Of a stretch of DNA of 64,000 nucleotides, positions 13,459 through 26,400 are shown piece after piece. Where the stretch lies: positions 3,768,946 through 3,832,945 of the forward strand of contig NC_068982.1 in the NCBI RefSeq assembly GCF_001194135.2. The letters run 5' to 3'. The position numbers and the translations under genes are program-made. The stretch is from Octopus bimaculoides. Taxonomy: Eukaryota. Within the stretch, counting starts at the first letter, position 1; every line of letters starts with the position of its first letter. The notes beneath the pieces were generated by a model that worked only from the letters and a program-made list of their open reading frames with translations, was not told the DNA's origin and ran no database searches.

Positions 13459-15192
13459 TGACAGCAAGATAAAATGTTAAGTGGACAGAAACCATGAAGA
13501 AAGAGAGGTCAATGAAGTATGGGACAGAATGGTGAAGACTGATCACAAAGGACTGAATGTTACAGAGATAACCAAGGGTTACAACTTGTAGCAAAGCCTT
13601 ATGCTAGAGAGGACAGCCAAACCTATACAGACAAAGAAAGAAACACATGTAAAAATGATGGATGCAGTCGTGTTGGTGGAGACTGGAATGCCTGACAAAC
13701 AACTACTGAGTCTCTCCTGACCATTATATTAAGTTTGTACATTACTCTTCTGTTACTCTGTGTTGAATCCCCTCACCATTATCCCTTCTTTATCCACCCC
13801 CAACATTTCCCATCACTCTCTTCTCCGATCACTCATTACTGACATTAGTCCTCCTCTCTTACCAGCATGTCTTCATCACTCTCTCCTCTATCACTGTTGA
13901 CGTCCATCATTCTCTCTACTCCTCTTGCAATTTCACTCATCCACGTAGCACATAAAAAGCACCATTTGAGCATGGCCGTTGCCAGAACTGCCTGACTGGC
14001 CCTTGTGCCAGTGGCACGTAAAAGCACCTACTTTTGGTTGGTGTTAGTAAGGGCATCCATCTGTATAAACTTTGCCAGATCAGATTGAGCCTGGTGCATC
14101 CTCTGGCTCACCAGTTCTCAGTCAAACCATCCAACCCATGCCAGCATAGAAAGCGGACGTTAAACGATGATGATGATGATGACTATTCTCTCTCTCTCTC
14201 ACACCACATCCCACTGCCCAAGATGTTTCCAAACTAAAGCCATTGTGTAGATGTCGATCAGTCTGTAATTTCCCTCCCATCACATTAGGAAGCTTGTCAC
14301 TATTACAAGAGGTGGATATTGGTTCACAATCAAAAATGTCTTATTCACAGCAGTCCAAGATAGACATGGCATGGTTCCAACAGGACACAGCAGCAGCTCA
14401 CAGAGCAAGGGACACAACCCAACCGCTCAGTCATTTTTCATAAGAAGAATCTCCATGGTTGTGACATCATAGGCTTGTCACTACATCCTCCTAATCTAAC
14501 GACCCCTGTTCTTCCTGCGAGGGTTGCCTCAAAGAAAATGTTTTATGCTGTCAAGCCTCAGACACTCCAACAGATGAACAACAATATTTGCAGCTGAAAT
14601 CTAAGCACTGAAACCTGAAACATTAGGTGTCGTTGAAAACACCTTAGAAGGGCACATTTGTGCAAACCAAAAAAATGGGTGCTGCAATAATTTGTCAATT
14701 TAAAACCAAAAATAAAGGACTTATTAAATACCTCAAAGCCTCATTGAAATTTTTGCTCCATGCTCTAGCATATGTAGACTATTTTAAAACATGGAAGCAC
14801 CTCGTACATTGCAATGTTTTACACACCAATAAAGTTTTAAAAGCAAAGAAAAACACTATTTTTATGCACCCTCCATTATTATGAGAGATAATAAAATGGT
14901 GTGAAATATTAAGTGCGAAACACTGATAAGAAGAGGAGCTTTACCATCAGAACTACACAATAAAAACTCAATTGTCAACGGTATTTACAAGTTGTTTCCC
15001 CTCCCTTGGCCGAAGGGAAGTAATTCTTTCAACCAAATATTGATATTTGTTGCTTTCGAACGCAATATGGGATTTTAGAACTAGAAACCACAAACTAAAT
15101 GAAGACGTGGCTAATACTGTCCCATCAGTAACTTTATTATAATAATGATGATGGTGATGATGATGACGGTGATGATGGTGGTGGTGGTGGTG

Positions 15193-15224
<32 letters not shown>

Positions 15225-18200
15225 AGACGTCTTTCTAAATGATGGAAAACAAAAGTTGAGCTCACCAAGAATTGAATTCAGAATATTCCAATGTTGCAAA
15301 ACATTTAACCTATTTCTCTATTTCTGCCATTCATAATATTCAAAAGTTTGGCAATATTCAACTCATTTGCTTTATTCATCAAGTTACAAGAGAAGCAGCC
15401 TGGCATTCAAAGTAGAGGCCATCCACATTTCACCATCTGAAGCCACCTGTCTCTGCTAGTTCTTTGATCTCACATTCATACCAGTTCCTGTCCTTCACCA
15501 AAGCTTCCATCCCCTCTTGGTTGACGAAATGTAATGAGTGCAGGAAGTGAACCATGGATCAGAGCAAGTAATAATTCAAGGGAACTGGGTCCGGACCATA
15601 CGCTGCCAGTGTAAATCAGTTCAATTCACACAAGTTCCTGCACTTTATGTTGTTCGAGCAGTGTGAGGTCTTGTCTTGCTGCAGAAGACTTCACTTTCTC
15701 TTAACCAATACCAGGTATTTCTGCCACCCAACTGCTTAAGCTGTTTGGAGTCCAGGTCGGCATCGATACTTTGTCCATCCAGAACAAACTCATAGCGAAT
15801 TATCCCCTCGTAGTTCCAGCAGACATAGAACATCACACCTTGTTTTCGAAACATCCCATTTTAGGAGACAGTTTAACCACTTGCTTAATCACAGCTTATG
15901 TTAGAATTGCAGAAAAATATCTTCCTTGGATTATTATTTGTTCCGATCTGTGGATCACTTCTTGCGTTCACAACGCTTCATCAACTGAGAGGAGTTGGAA
16001 GCTTCAGTGAAGGGGTTCTTCTCCTTGAAGGACAAAAATTGGTTTTTGCATTGGATCAAAGAACTAGCAGTAAGGCAACTTCAGACGGTGCAACGTTATG
16101 GCCTCTTCTTTCAATGTTTCGTTGCTTGTTCCCACTCGATGAATAATGCAAATAAGTTACCAAAATATTGCAAGACTTTTGATTCAATAGAACATGTGAG
16201 AACATTTGACATCTTTGTTTTTTGTTAATGAGCTAACATGAATGGAAATGCACTTCAGTGACCAGTGTGACAACAATACTAAAGAAATTCAGTTTTTTTC
16301 TTTTAAAAAAACATCAATTTGATTGCATTCAAAATCAAGACTCACCTTTCCTATTAGAAAATATACTAAAGATTCTTTAGGGACAATTTGTTTCAGTTCT
16401 TCTAATTCTTCTAAGGCTTCCTGAAAATATAACATTTATGTAAGATTGGTAAATAAATTCAAACAAATGCAAAAAGATAACAAAATCAATACGGCTTACT
16501 TTCAAAAGTGATAAATATAGGAAAATTTATAGAAATTGATAGAATCAAAGCATTGGGAAGTGTTTACCAGCAAATGTCTTCCAAACTGACTTAAGCATAA
16601 AAATGGGGACAGTATATTGTAGTTCAGGTTCTAAGTGCTACCAATTTTAGCATGAACTATAGAAAGGATACATTTTACTTATGGACGATGATGACGATAC
16701 TTACTTTATGTTTATCATTGGCAAATAAAATGGAAGCACGATGGAATTTACAAAGAGGGTTGTTGGGATCAATAGAAATGGCTCTATCAAGGGTCTGTAG
16801 TGCCATTTCAGATTTCTTCAATGCATGTTGTACCTATAAGAAAAGAAAGAAACAACTGTTATGCCAGATTCTTTAAACTAAGTTTTTAAAAATTAAGAAA
16901 AAAAATTCAATGAACCTTGTAGCAAAACTATGTTCTTGATAAAAACCGTTCAGAAGGAGAAAATTAGAAGTTTGGGTTTGTGTCAGGAAGGGATATCACT
17001 GATGTCCTCTTCTTAGTGAGACTTCTGCAGAAGTTCTTAGCAAGCCATTAATACCCAGCAGTCACTGAAGAAGTTTTTCAACAGAATACAACACTCTGTG
17101 GTCTGATGGTCAAAAAGAAAATTAAGATTAGATGAATGGCTTGTGACAAAAGTAGAAGCCATGTCCAGAAATGCTGTCAATAAGATAAGGATTAGCAAAG
17201 TGCTCAGCAAGAAATTTAGTAGGCAGGTAAGTAAGCCAGGTGGTCTGGTTCTCAACCCAATTCTGTTTATTATAGTTCTTTAGTTGTTACAGAGAAGTTT
17301 AGAAATGGCTGTCCAAGAAAACTTCAGTAAGTCAGTGGCCTAGTTCGCATAGCTGAATCTATTGAATTAGAGTAGAAATTGCAGACAAAACCTGGAATCA
17401 AAAAGTCTTGGAAAAAAAAAAAAAGAAACCAGAAGAATTTAGTTAACAAGAAAGAGGAGAGAACTTTACTGCTGCCTAGAAATTGGATGTAGTTGATAAG
17501 CAAAGAGGAGTTCCATCCAATGCATCTAATGTAAACTGAATGCACAACAGGTGCAACGGGATCACAAGTGGCCTGACGGAGATGCAACAGATATTCAAGA
17601 GGAACCACATCAGGCTTCCTTGCCTGTTTGGGCATGGTTTCTATGGCTGGATGCTCTTTCTAATGCCAACCACTTTACAGAGTGTACTGAGAGCGTTTCT
17701 TTATGCCAACAGCACCAGTGCTTTCTATGTGGCACCATCACCAGTGCCTTTTACATGTGAAAAACTGGAAAGAAAATTACACAAACGTGCTTCACTAGTT
17801 GTGTAATGTTAGTGTACAAAAGCAACAGGGCAGAAACAAACTGATAGACAAACTAGGTGTAAGAGGAAAGAGATGTGGTACGCAAAAGGAAAGACTGCGC
17901 TTGTACAGATATGGGTTATGCATGAAGGACAACAGTTAGGGCTAAGAAGTAAACGAGTGGAAGGAACTGGCAGGAAAGGTAGACCAAGGAAGGCATGGGA
18001 AGAAGTAGCGAAGAACTGATCTGAAGATGCTCTTGCAAAATGGATGACCAAAAACCACAACCAGTGAGACACTGTGAAGATGACCATCCAACAAGTATTG
18101 GAAAATGGACATAGAACAATGACTAAGAGTCATCATCATCATTTAACGTCTGCTCTCCATGCTGGCATGGGTTGGACGGTTTGACCAGAGCTGATGAGCT

Positions 18201-21200
18201 GGAGAGCAGCACCAGCATCCAGTCCGATTTGGCATGGTTCCTATAGCTGGATGCCCTTCCTTATGCCAACAATTCCAGGGGTGTAATGGGTGCACAGGTG
18301 CCAGGTCTTTTCATTCTTTACACAAGAGAGAGACAGTCATCAGAAGTAAAAGCTACAAAAAGCAACAAAAAGAGATGCCTTGGAAGATTAAATATCATCA
18401 TCGTTTAACGTCCGTTTTCCATGCTGGCATGGGTTGGACGGTTCGACTGGGGTCTAGGAGGCCAGGAGACTGCACCAGGGCCCAATTTGATCTGGCAATG
18501 TTTCTACAGCTGGATGCCCTTCCTAATGCCAACCACTCCAAGAGTGTAGTGGGTACTTTTTACGTGACACCGGCACAGGGGCCAGAGGAGCTGGCATCGA
18601 CTGTGATGGGATGGTGCTTTTTATGTGCCACCGGCACGGAAGCCAGTCAAGGCGGCACTGGCATCGGCCACGTTCGGACGGTGCTTTTTACATGCCATTG
18701 GCATGGGGGTCACAGCTACAATTTCCATTTGATCTAAACAGCTTTTCTTCTCTGAGAAACAATTGCTGTCCCCCCCACAGCAGTTTGTTTGTGGTAATGA
18801 GGAAAGTAATATCACTCAAAGGTTCCCATTTCAGAAATCAAAATGACAACATTTAGCATAATGTGTACAAGAAACAAGAGCAACGCTTACCACACCAACG
18901 TGACAAAGCAGAGCAGGACTTTTGGGATTAATCATCAGTGCTTTATTGAAGTGCAATTCAGCAAGTTGGAATTTCTCTTGTTTATAATAGATCATTCCAA
19001 CTCCATACCTGGAATATAGCGAAGAAAAAGTAAATCCTTCAATCACAAAAAGATAATGAAACAGCACAAGTTCAGATCAATGACAAATAAAAAAAAAAAC
19101 AACAAATAAATAATAATCATTAAAAAAATTACATAAAGTTGTTAAAATCCAGTAATTATGATGCAGTAGTTTAACCCTTTTGTTACTATATTTATTTTGA
19201 GATGCTCTGTATTTCTTTCAATTATTTTAAATATAACAAAGAATTTGATTAAATAACTTGATTATCATTAAGCTAATGTTAGAGACAAAAATTGTGACTA
19301 AGGTTTGGTGGAAGATTTTAACTCAAAACTTATGAAAACAAGACATTTGTTCTACAGAGTTAGAGGCGGTTTCAGCCAGGTTGGGAACAAAAGGGTTAAG
19401 AATAGTAAATACTGAGCAGAGATTCCAACAAAAAGATTGCGGCCAAGAGCTTGCAGATGCTGACCATTTCTTGAGCATAGGTAGAATTGCACTGTCTAAT
19501 GCAGTGGTTCTCAACCAGGATCCATATAAGATTTTGGAGGGTTCAGGGAACAAAATGATATATTGGGGAGCCACAATAGTAATTTGAGGGCCCCTGAAAA
19601 CATTTTGCTTTAGATGTGTGTATTGGTTATGTACTGCAAAAAAACAGCTGGGTTTCTTTTCCTAACATTTTACATAATTCAACCTACACAAGGGAATGTG
19701 TGAAAAGTAAAATAGGAATGTAGAAAGAAGTACCTATAAAACTAGTTTATAAACATCAAATGGCTATGGGGAGGAGTCCATCAGAATAAAATGGTAATCA
19801 AAGGAGCCTGTAGATAAGAAATGGTTGAACACCACTGGAAAATACAAAAACTAAAAGAAGCAGCACGTATGCTAGGACACAACAACCTCCTAAGCAGACT
19901 GAGGTACAGATACGAATAGTATATGGGAACTGGTATTAAGGAAGGATAGGAAAATATTAGATTTATAAGCCCTAAAAATTCACTCCATAATTGCCCACAG
20001 GCATATGGTGTAGTGGTTAAGAGCACGGGCTACTAACCCCAAGATTCCGAGTTTGATTCCTGGCAGTGGCAACAACAACATAGAAAAATACCTTAGGAAT
20101 GAGAACCCAGGTTCAAAATTTCCCCAAGACACCTGATGAAGACTGGAGGGTATATCAGCAGAAACGTTGTGTTAGCAACAAACAAGATGAAAACAAATAT
20201 CCATCAAATGTAAATATTGTACATAATTCCTCATCTCTTAAATATAGAACTGAACTGAACTTAATTTGATAACTTTTTTCTGCTTACATTAAATCTGTGA
20301 TGTCTAAATGTAATTTTGAAAAGAACAGTTCCCCCGTTGATACGTTATTGCAGATCCAACACATGGGAAAATATATTTATAAAAAGATATAAAACCTTTT
20401 GACATCAATAATGATGCTGACGATGGTAATATTCAGCCAGGAATTGAAACTTACCATGCATTATAATGTCTGGAATCAACTCGTATAGAATTACGGAAAC
20501 TCGATAAACCTTTTTCAAATTCTTCTGTAAAGACATATTCATGGCCCAGTAAAGTATATGCATAGGCAAAATTAGGATCAACCTGAAAAAGAGGGAGAGA
20601 AATGGGGAATCTCAGGTAACAATTATAGATTTCTGCAAAAATAGTTTATTTTCCTAACGACTTTAATTCCATTCAATATTAACAATGCAAGATGACTAGC
20701 AGCATTTCATCTGTCTTTATATTCATCACCATCGTTTAACGTCTGCTTTCCATGCTGGCATGGGTTGGATGGTTTGACTAAGGACTGGCAAGCCAGGAGG
20801 ATGCACCAGGCTCCAATCTGATCTGGCAAGGTTTCAACAGCTGGATGCCCTTCCTAACGCCAACCACTCAGAGAGTATAGTAGGTGCTTTTTTTTTTTAC
20901 ATGCCACCAGCATGGGGGGGGGCAGTCAGGTGACACTGGCGTCGACCACACTCAAATGGTGCTTTTTTACGTGCCACAGCATGGGAGCCAGTCAGGTGGC
21001 ACTGGCATCAACCACACTTAAAATGGTCGTAGAGAATTTCAACTTAAAATTCGCACCAGCTAATCCTTCATACTAACTACTAGAGTTCACAACAGTTCAA
21101 GTTAGCCAATATCTCAATGAATGAGTGTTGTGGAGTTTAGTAACACCCAATGAACACAGAGTAATTTCCAAAAAATCAGGGTTTTTATAACTGCTCATAT

Positions 21201-23402
21201 CCAAATTCTAAGAACTGTATTTCGTGAAAGATTTGACGAAAGTTTAGAATTCGTACATGGGCAGTAATTTTAACCAATGGGATTACCGACAATTATGCTT
21301 GTTCGGGCAAACGACTGTTCCATCATACTGCTGCCTTTTATGGCTCGCTACATAACTAAAATAGAACCAATAGACAGCTACTCACCTGAATTGCTCTTTG
21401 AAAAAACTTAATAGCTGTATCGTGCTCTTTCTGTAAACTNNNNNNNNNNNNNNNNNNNNNNNNNNNNNNNNNNNNNNNNNNNNNNNNNNNNNNNNNNNNN
21501 NNNNNNNNNNNNNNNNNNNNNNNNNNNNNNNNNNNNNNNNNNNNNNNNNNNNNNNNNNNNNNNNNNATTTTTTTTTTTAAGTAAAAAAGCAAAAAAAAAA
21601 ATTTAATAAGAATATTATCAAAATTATCAAATTCAACAAGGTTACAACCTGAAAATACATAAAAAAACATTCTATTTAAGAAAATATAACTGTCATGCAA
21701 GCTAAAATTTACTAAGAAAGAACCACTCGAGCATGGTAGATGCCAATGCCACCTGACTCTCCACCCCACCCGTGCCAGTGACACGTAGAAGGCACCCACT
21801 ACACTCTTGGAGTGGTTGGCGTTAGAAAGGATATCCAACTGTAGAAACCTTGCCAGATCAGATTGGAGCCTGGTGCAGCCTCCTGGCTTGCCACTGCTCA
21901 GTCAAACTGTCCAACCCATGCTAGCATGGAAAGTGGACGTTAAACAATGATGAGGAGGATGATGAATGAAATTTCAACAGATGTTCAGGCCATGCCACTT
22001 ACATCGAAAGCAGTGATTCCTCACATTTTTTGCCAACAACTCCATTTGGTCTAACTTTTATCTCCAAACTTTAACTAGAAGAGTTCAGACATGACAGCAG
22101 ATAACATAGGATGTTATCTGCATGACCCCCACCCCACGTCTTCCCCACCTCCCTTCCCCGTCTCTCACCATCACTTGCAAGAGCCATGTCTTCCCCATCT
22201 CTAAACCTACCCCTCAATCTCTTATGGAACATCCTTCCTCTATACCTATACCCAACCCACTATTTTTGTGGGTAGGTGCCCAAACATCTTCAACGATGTA
22301 ATCAAATAGCCCACTCCCAACCAAATTCCAGGCCTATAGCAGAAAGGGTCCTTATTGAGGCAGAGAGCAGGCACAATCATTAGCGTGTTGGACAAAATGC
22401 TCAGCAGTGTTTCATCCAACTTTGTGTTTTGAGTTCAAATTCTGCTGAGGTCGACTTTACCTTTCACGTCCTCTTGGGACACTGGGGTCGATGTAATTTA
22501 CTTACTCCTCCTCCCCCACCAAAAAAAATTGCTGGCCTTGTGCTAGAATTTGAAAACAATATCTCTCTGTAAGAAGGTTGACAGTTCCCCATAATACACA
22601 GCTGCAGTATTCTTTTTTATCTTGTTTCAGTCATTAGGCTGCGGCCATGCTGGGGCACCCCAGTAGTTCTTTTTAAGCCTGGCACTTATTCTATCCGTCT
22701 CTTTTGCTGAACCACTAAGTTATGGGGATGTAAACACACCAACACTGGCGGTCAAAAGGTAGTGAGGAACAGACACAGACTTATGTCATCATCATCATCA
22801 TCATCATCATCATTTAACGTCCATTTTCCATGCTGGCATGGGTAGGATGGTTTGACTGAGGTCTGGAGAGCCATGAGGCTGCACCAGGTTCCAATCTGAT
22901 CTGGCAAGGTTTCTACATCTGGATGCTCTTCCTAACGCCTCCCCTCCACACACACACAGATAGGCTTTTCTCAGTTTCTGTCAGTTTCTTCACAAACACC
23001 AAAAACAATTGCAACAATCACCAAATATAAATTTCAACTAACTATACATAATCTGCTCATAACAACACACATACCTAAAACAATTAGCCAAAGCATGGTG
23101 CTCGCTACCAAGTTACCCTTTATTCCAACTAAACCAACGGAAAATTACTAAGGCAAGCGAGCTGGCAAAAACGTTAGCGTGTTGGGCAAAATGCTTGGTG
23201 GTATTTCGTCTGTCTTTATGTTTATAGGCGCAGGAGTGGCTGTGTGGTAAGTAGCTTGCTCACCAACCACATGGTTCCGGGTTCAGTCCCACTGCATGGC
23301 ACCTTGGGGCAAGTGTCTTCTACTATAGCCTCAGGCTGACCAAAGCCTTGTGAGTAGATTGGGTAGAATCTGAATGGATTTAGAAACTGAAAGCAGCCCA
23401 TC

Positions 23403-23436
<34 letters not shown>

Positions 23437-26400
23437 NNNNNNNNNNNNNNNNNNNNNNNNNNNNNNNNNNNNNNNNNNNNNNNNNNNNNNNNNNNNNNNN
23501 NNNNNNNNNNNNNNNNNNNNNNNNNNNNNNNNNNNNNNNNNNNNNNNNNNNNNNNNNNNNNNNNNNNNNNNNNNNNNNNNNNNNNNNNNNNNNNNNNNNN
23601 NNNNNNNNNNNNNNNNNNNNNNNNNNNNNNNCTCCAACATGGCCAGGGTCTAATGACAAGTTCAGAAACCCCCTTGATGATTGAGTCACCAAACTGATTT
23701 ACAATACCTCAGGAGCATTCTTATTCATTTCTGTGAGTTCTTGTGCCAGAGCAGACAATTCTACTTCACGCTGTAGCTGCCAAAGAGCAGTACTGTATAG
23801 ATCCATCCCTTCCATGTGGTAAGGTTCCAATTCACGCAATTCAGCAAACACTTTTTCAGCCTAAAAGAAAAAAAAAAAAGAAATTCAAAAGAAAAGTTTT
23901 TTATTCAGTTTCAAAACATTTTTTGGAGAAAAAAAAAAAATTGAGACAAACTAAGCAACCAAAAATGAAATATTAATTTGTTTAACCCTTTAGCATTTAA
24001 TCTGGTCATGTCCAGCTAACATATTCTGTCTTATGTTTAAAGTGACCAGATCTGGCCTTTCACACCTACCCTGCAATGTCATTTTAGAAATAAACTATCA
24101 TGTCATCAAAATCTTGAAGCTATGAGATAATGCATGATTAATTCAAAACAATGGGAATAAATAAGGATTAACATTTGACAGGATAATCTGAATGCTAAAA
24201 GGGATAAAGACAGAAAATTAACCTGTAACAAAGATTTTAGCCACTTAATTAATCCAGTCAGAGATCACAGCTACTTCCCAGTGTAATTAAATACTGATTC
24301 AGGTAGGGGTGCTCCGAAAGGGGTCTCAGAGAGTAGAGTCCCTGCTTTCCTGAGCTAGTTTTCCACCACATTCCTTAAAAATCGTGGTAGAGGCCTTGAT
24401 CTCGGGACCACTCATGTCTAGAAACTGAGGTTGGGGGTAAGCAAAGGGCATGCTCCCTGTAGAAAATCCAGCTCCAAGAAAGCTTCATGTAGCAAAGAAG
24501 AATGGGTACCAGCCAGCCGAAAGGTGGGGGTGGGCTGCACCTGCCTACCACAAAAGGAAGGTGCAAACTCTCATCCTGAGTTGCGCAAACATAAATATTC
24601 GGTGGAACGGCTGGCAAGGGTGAATGGAGTGTGGTGGTATGGACATGTGTTGAGGGGGGATGAGGAGCATGTTCTGAGGAGGATGCTAGAGTTTGAGGTA
24701 AATGGACTGCAAAAGCAAGGTAGACCAAGGAAGACATGGAGGGGACAGGTGGAGGAGATTGGGAGGGTTGGCTTGAGAAGAGAGGATGCCCAAAACAGGG
24801 CAAGATGGCAAGATAGTGTGAGGGTGATTGCTATGGCATTGAGGTAGATCTGGCCACCTGAAGAGGTCATAAGATTTCAACAGAAGAGGGGAGAGTGACA
24901 AATGATATAAAAGGGTCCAAGTAAATATATGCCAAGTACGAGACTTGGTGCAACAGAGCAATGAATTAGAGATGAAATTAAGCTAACATCACTACACAAA
25001 TATCGCTTTCTACGATTGCCAGAGCATCATCTCCAGTATCAAGAGTTAGGATTCTGCAACATGTTTCACTGATAATATATGTTCCAGAGTATGAGAGCTG
25101 TAGCTGGGCCATGTCGGTAGGTCAAACTCCTCATAATTTTCTGCTCTGTTACTAGCAATGTGCTGTGACCATGGCCAAGACACTTGATTCTTACTCAGTC
25201 CAAGGAACAACAAACACAGGGCATTGTCACAGAAACCATGAGGGAGCAAGCCTGCAGTGTTGAGGCCATTAGGAACATGATTTTGTTATACAAAGCAGAA
25301 AGTAAACCCTTTAGCATTTAAGCCAGCCAAACCTGGCCAAAACAGCTAGATAGGGTTTCTCACATCTACCTTACAATCATCATCATCATCATTTAACGTC
25401 CGTTTTCCATGCTGGCATGGGTTGGACAGTTTGACTGAGGACTGGCAAGCCAGAAGGCTGCACCAGGCTCCAACCTGATCTGGCAAAGTTTCTACAGTTG
25501 GATGCCCTTCCTAACGCCAACCACTTTGAGAGTGTAGTGGGTGCTTTTACGTGCCACCGGCACGAGGGCCAGTCAGGCGGTTCTGGCAACTCGGATGTTG
25601 TTTTTCCCACACTCAAAAAATCTAAAAGGTACCAAGATAATGCTGGATTAATTCAAAAGAATGTCAATAAATAAGAATTATAATACAATTTAATTTGAAT
25701 GCTAAAGGGTTAAACAGCAGAGTTTGAATCTGCTGTTAGTTCCCTGCAGTGCCCAGATTCAGTTGCCATTTGTCTGTGTCAGCTTTACCAAGATCCAGCT
25801 CCTGGTTGATTAATATTGTGTCTGATGGTTAATGAGTAGCAATATGAAGTTGAAAACCATTATGCTTTGGAATCGATTGCAGTCGAGAGAAAGGGAGTCC
25901 ACCACAAGAGTGGTAACCACACCATATAGTTTGGCTGATAAAGGAGGGGATGAATAAATTTTAAACAATATTGAAATAACTGTTGGACAAAAGAAATAAA
26001 TAAACTTCTGAATTCTGTCTTATCGTGATATATGCAAATGTTTTGGCTATTTTCTTCATCTGCAAAAGGAAGAAAACAGCTAAATTACAAGAAAACAGTT
26101 GTTTATACATTGCTGAACTAAAGTGCTCCAAGAAAGTCACCATCAATTAGAACATTGATGATGATGAACTTATTAAACATGATGTCAACCTAAGGAAACA
26201 ACAACAACATGAAGAAAACATTAAAAGAATTCAATTTTGAGTACTTTTTTTCCACAGCTATTTTTCAATGCTGCCATAAGTAGAATGCTTTTGCAAATTT
26301 GGACATCATATTGTGGGAGCAAATTTATTTACAGTTGGATATACCTCATATCACTAACAGCTTAGATGTTAAATTGCAAAGGGAACCTGATGTGAAGTAA

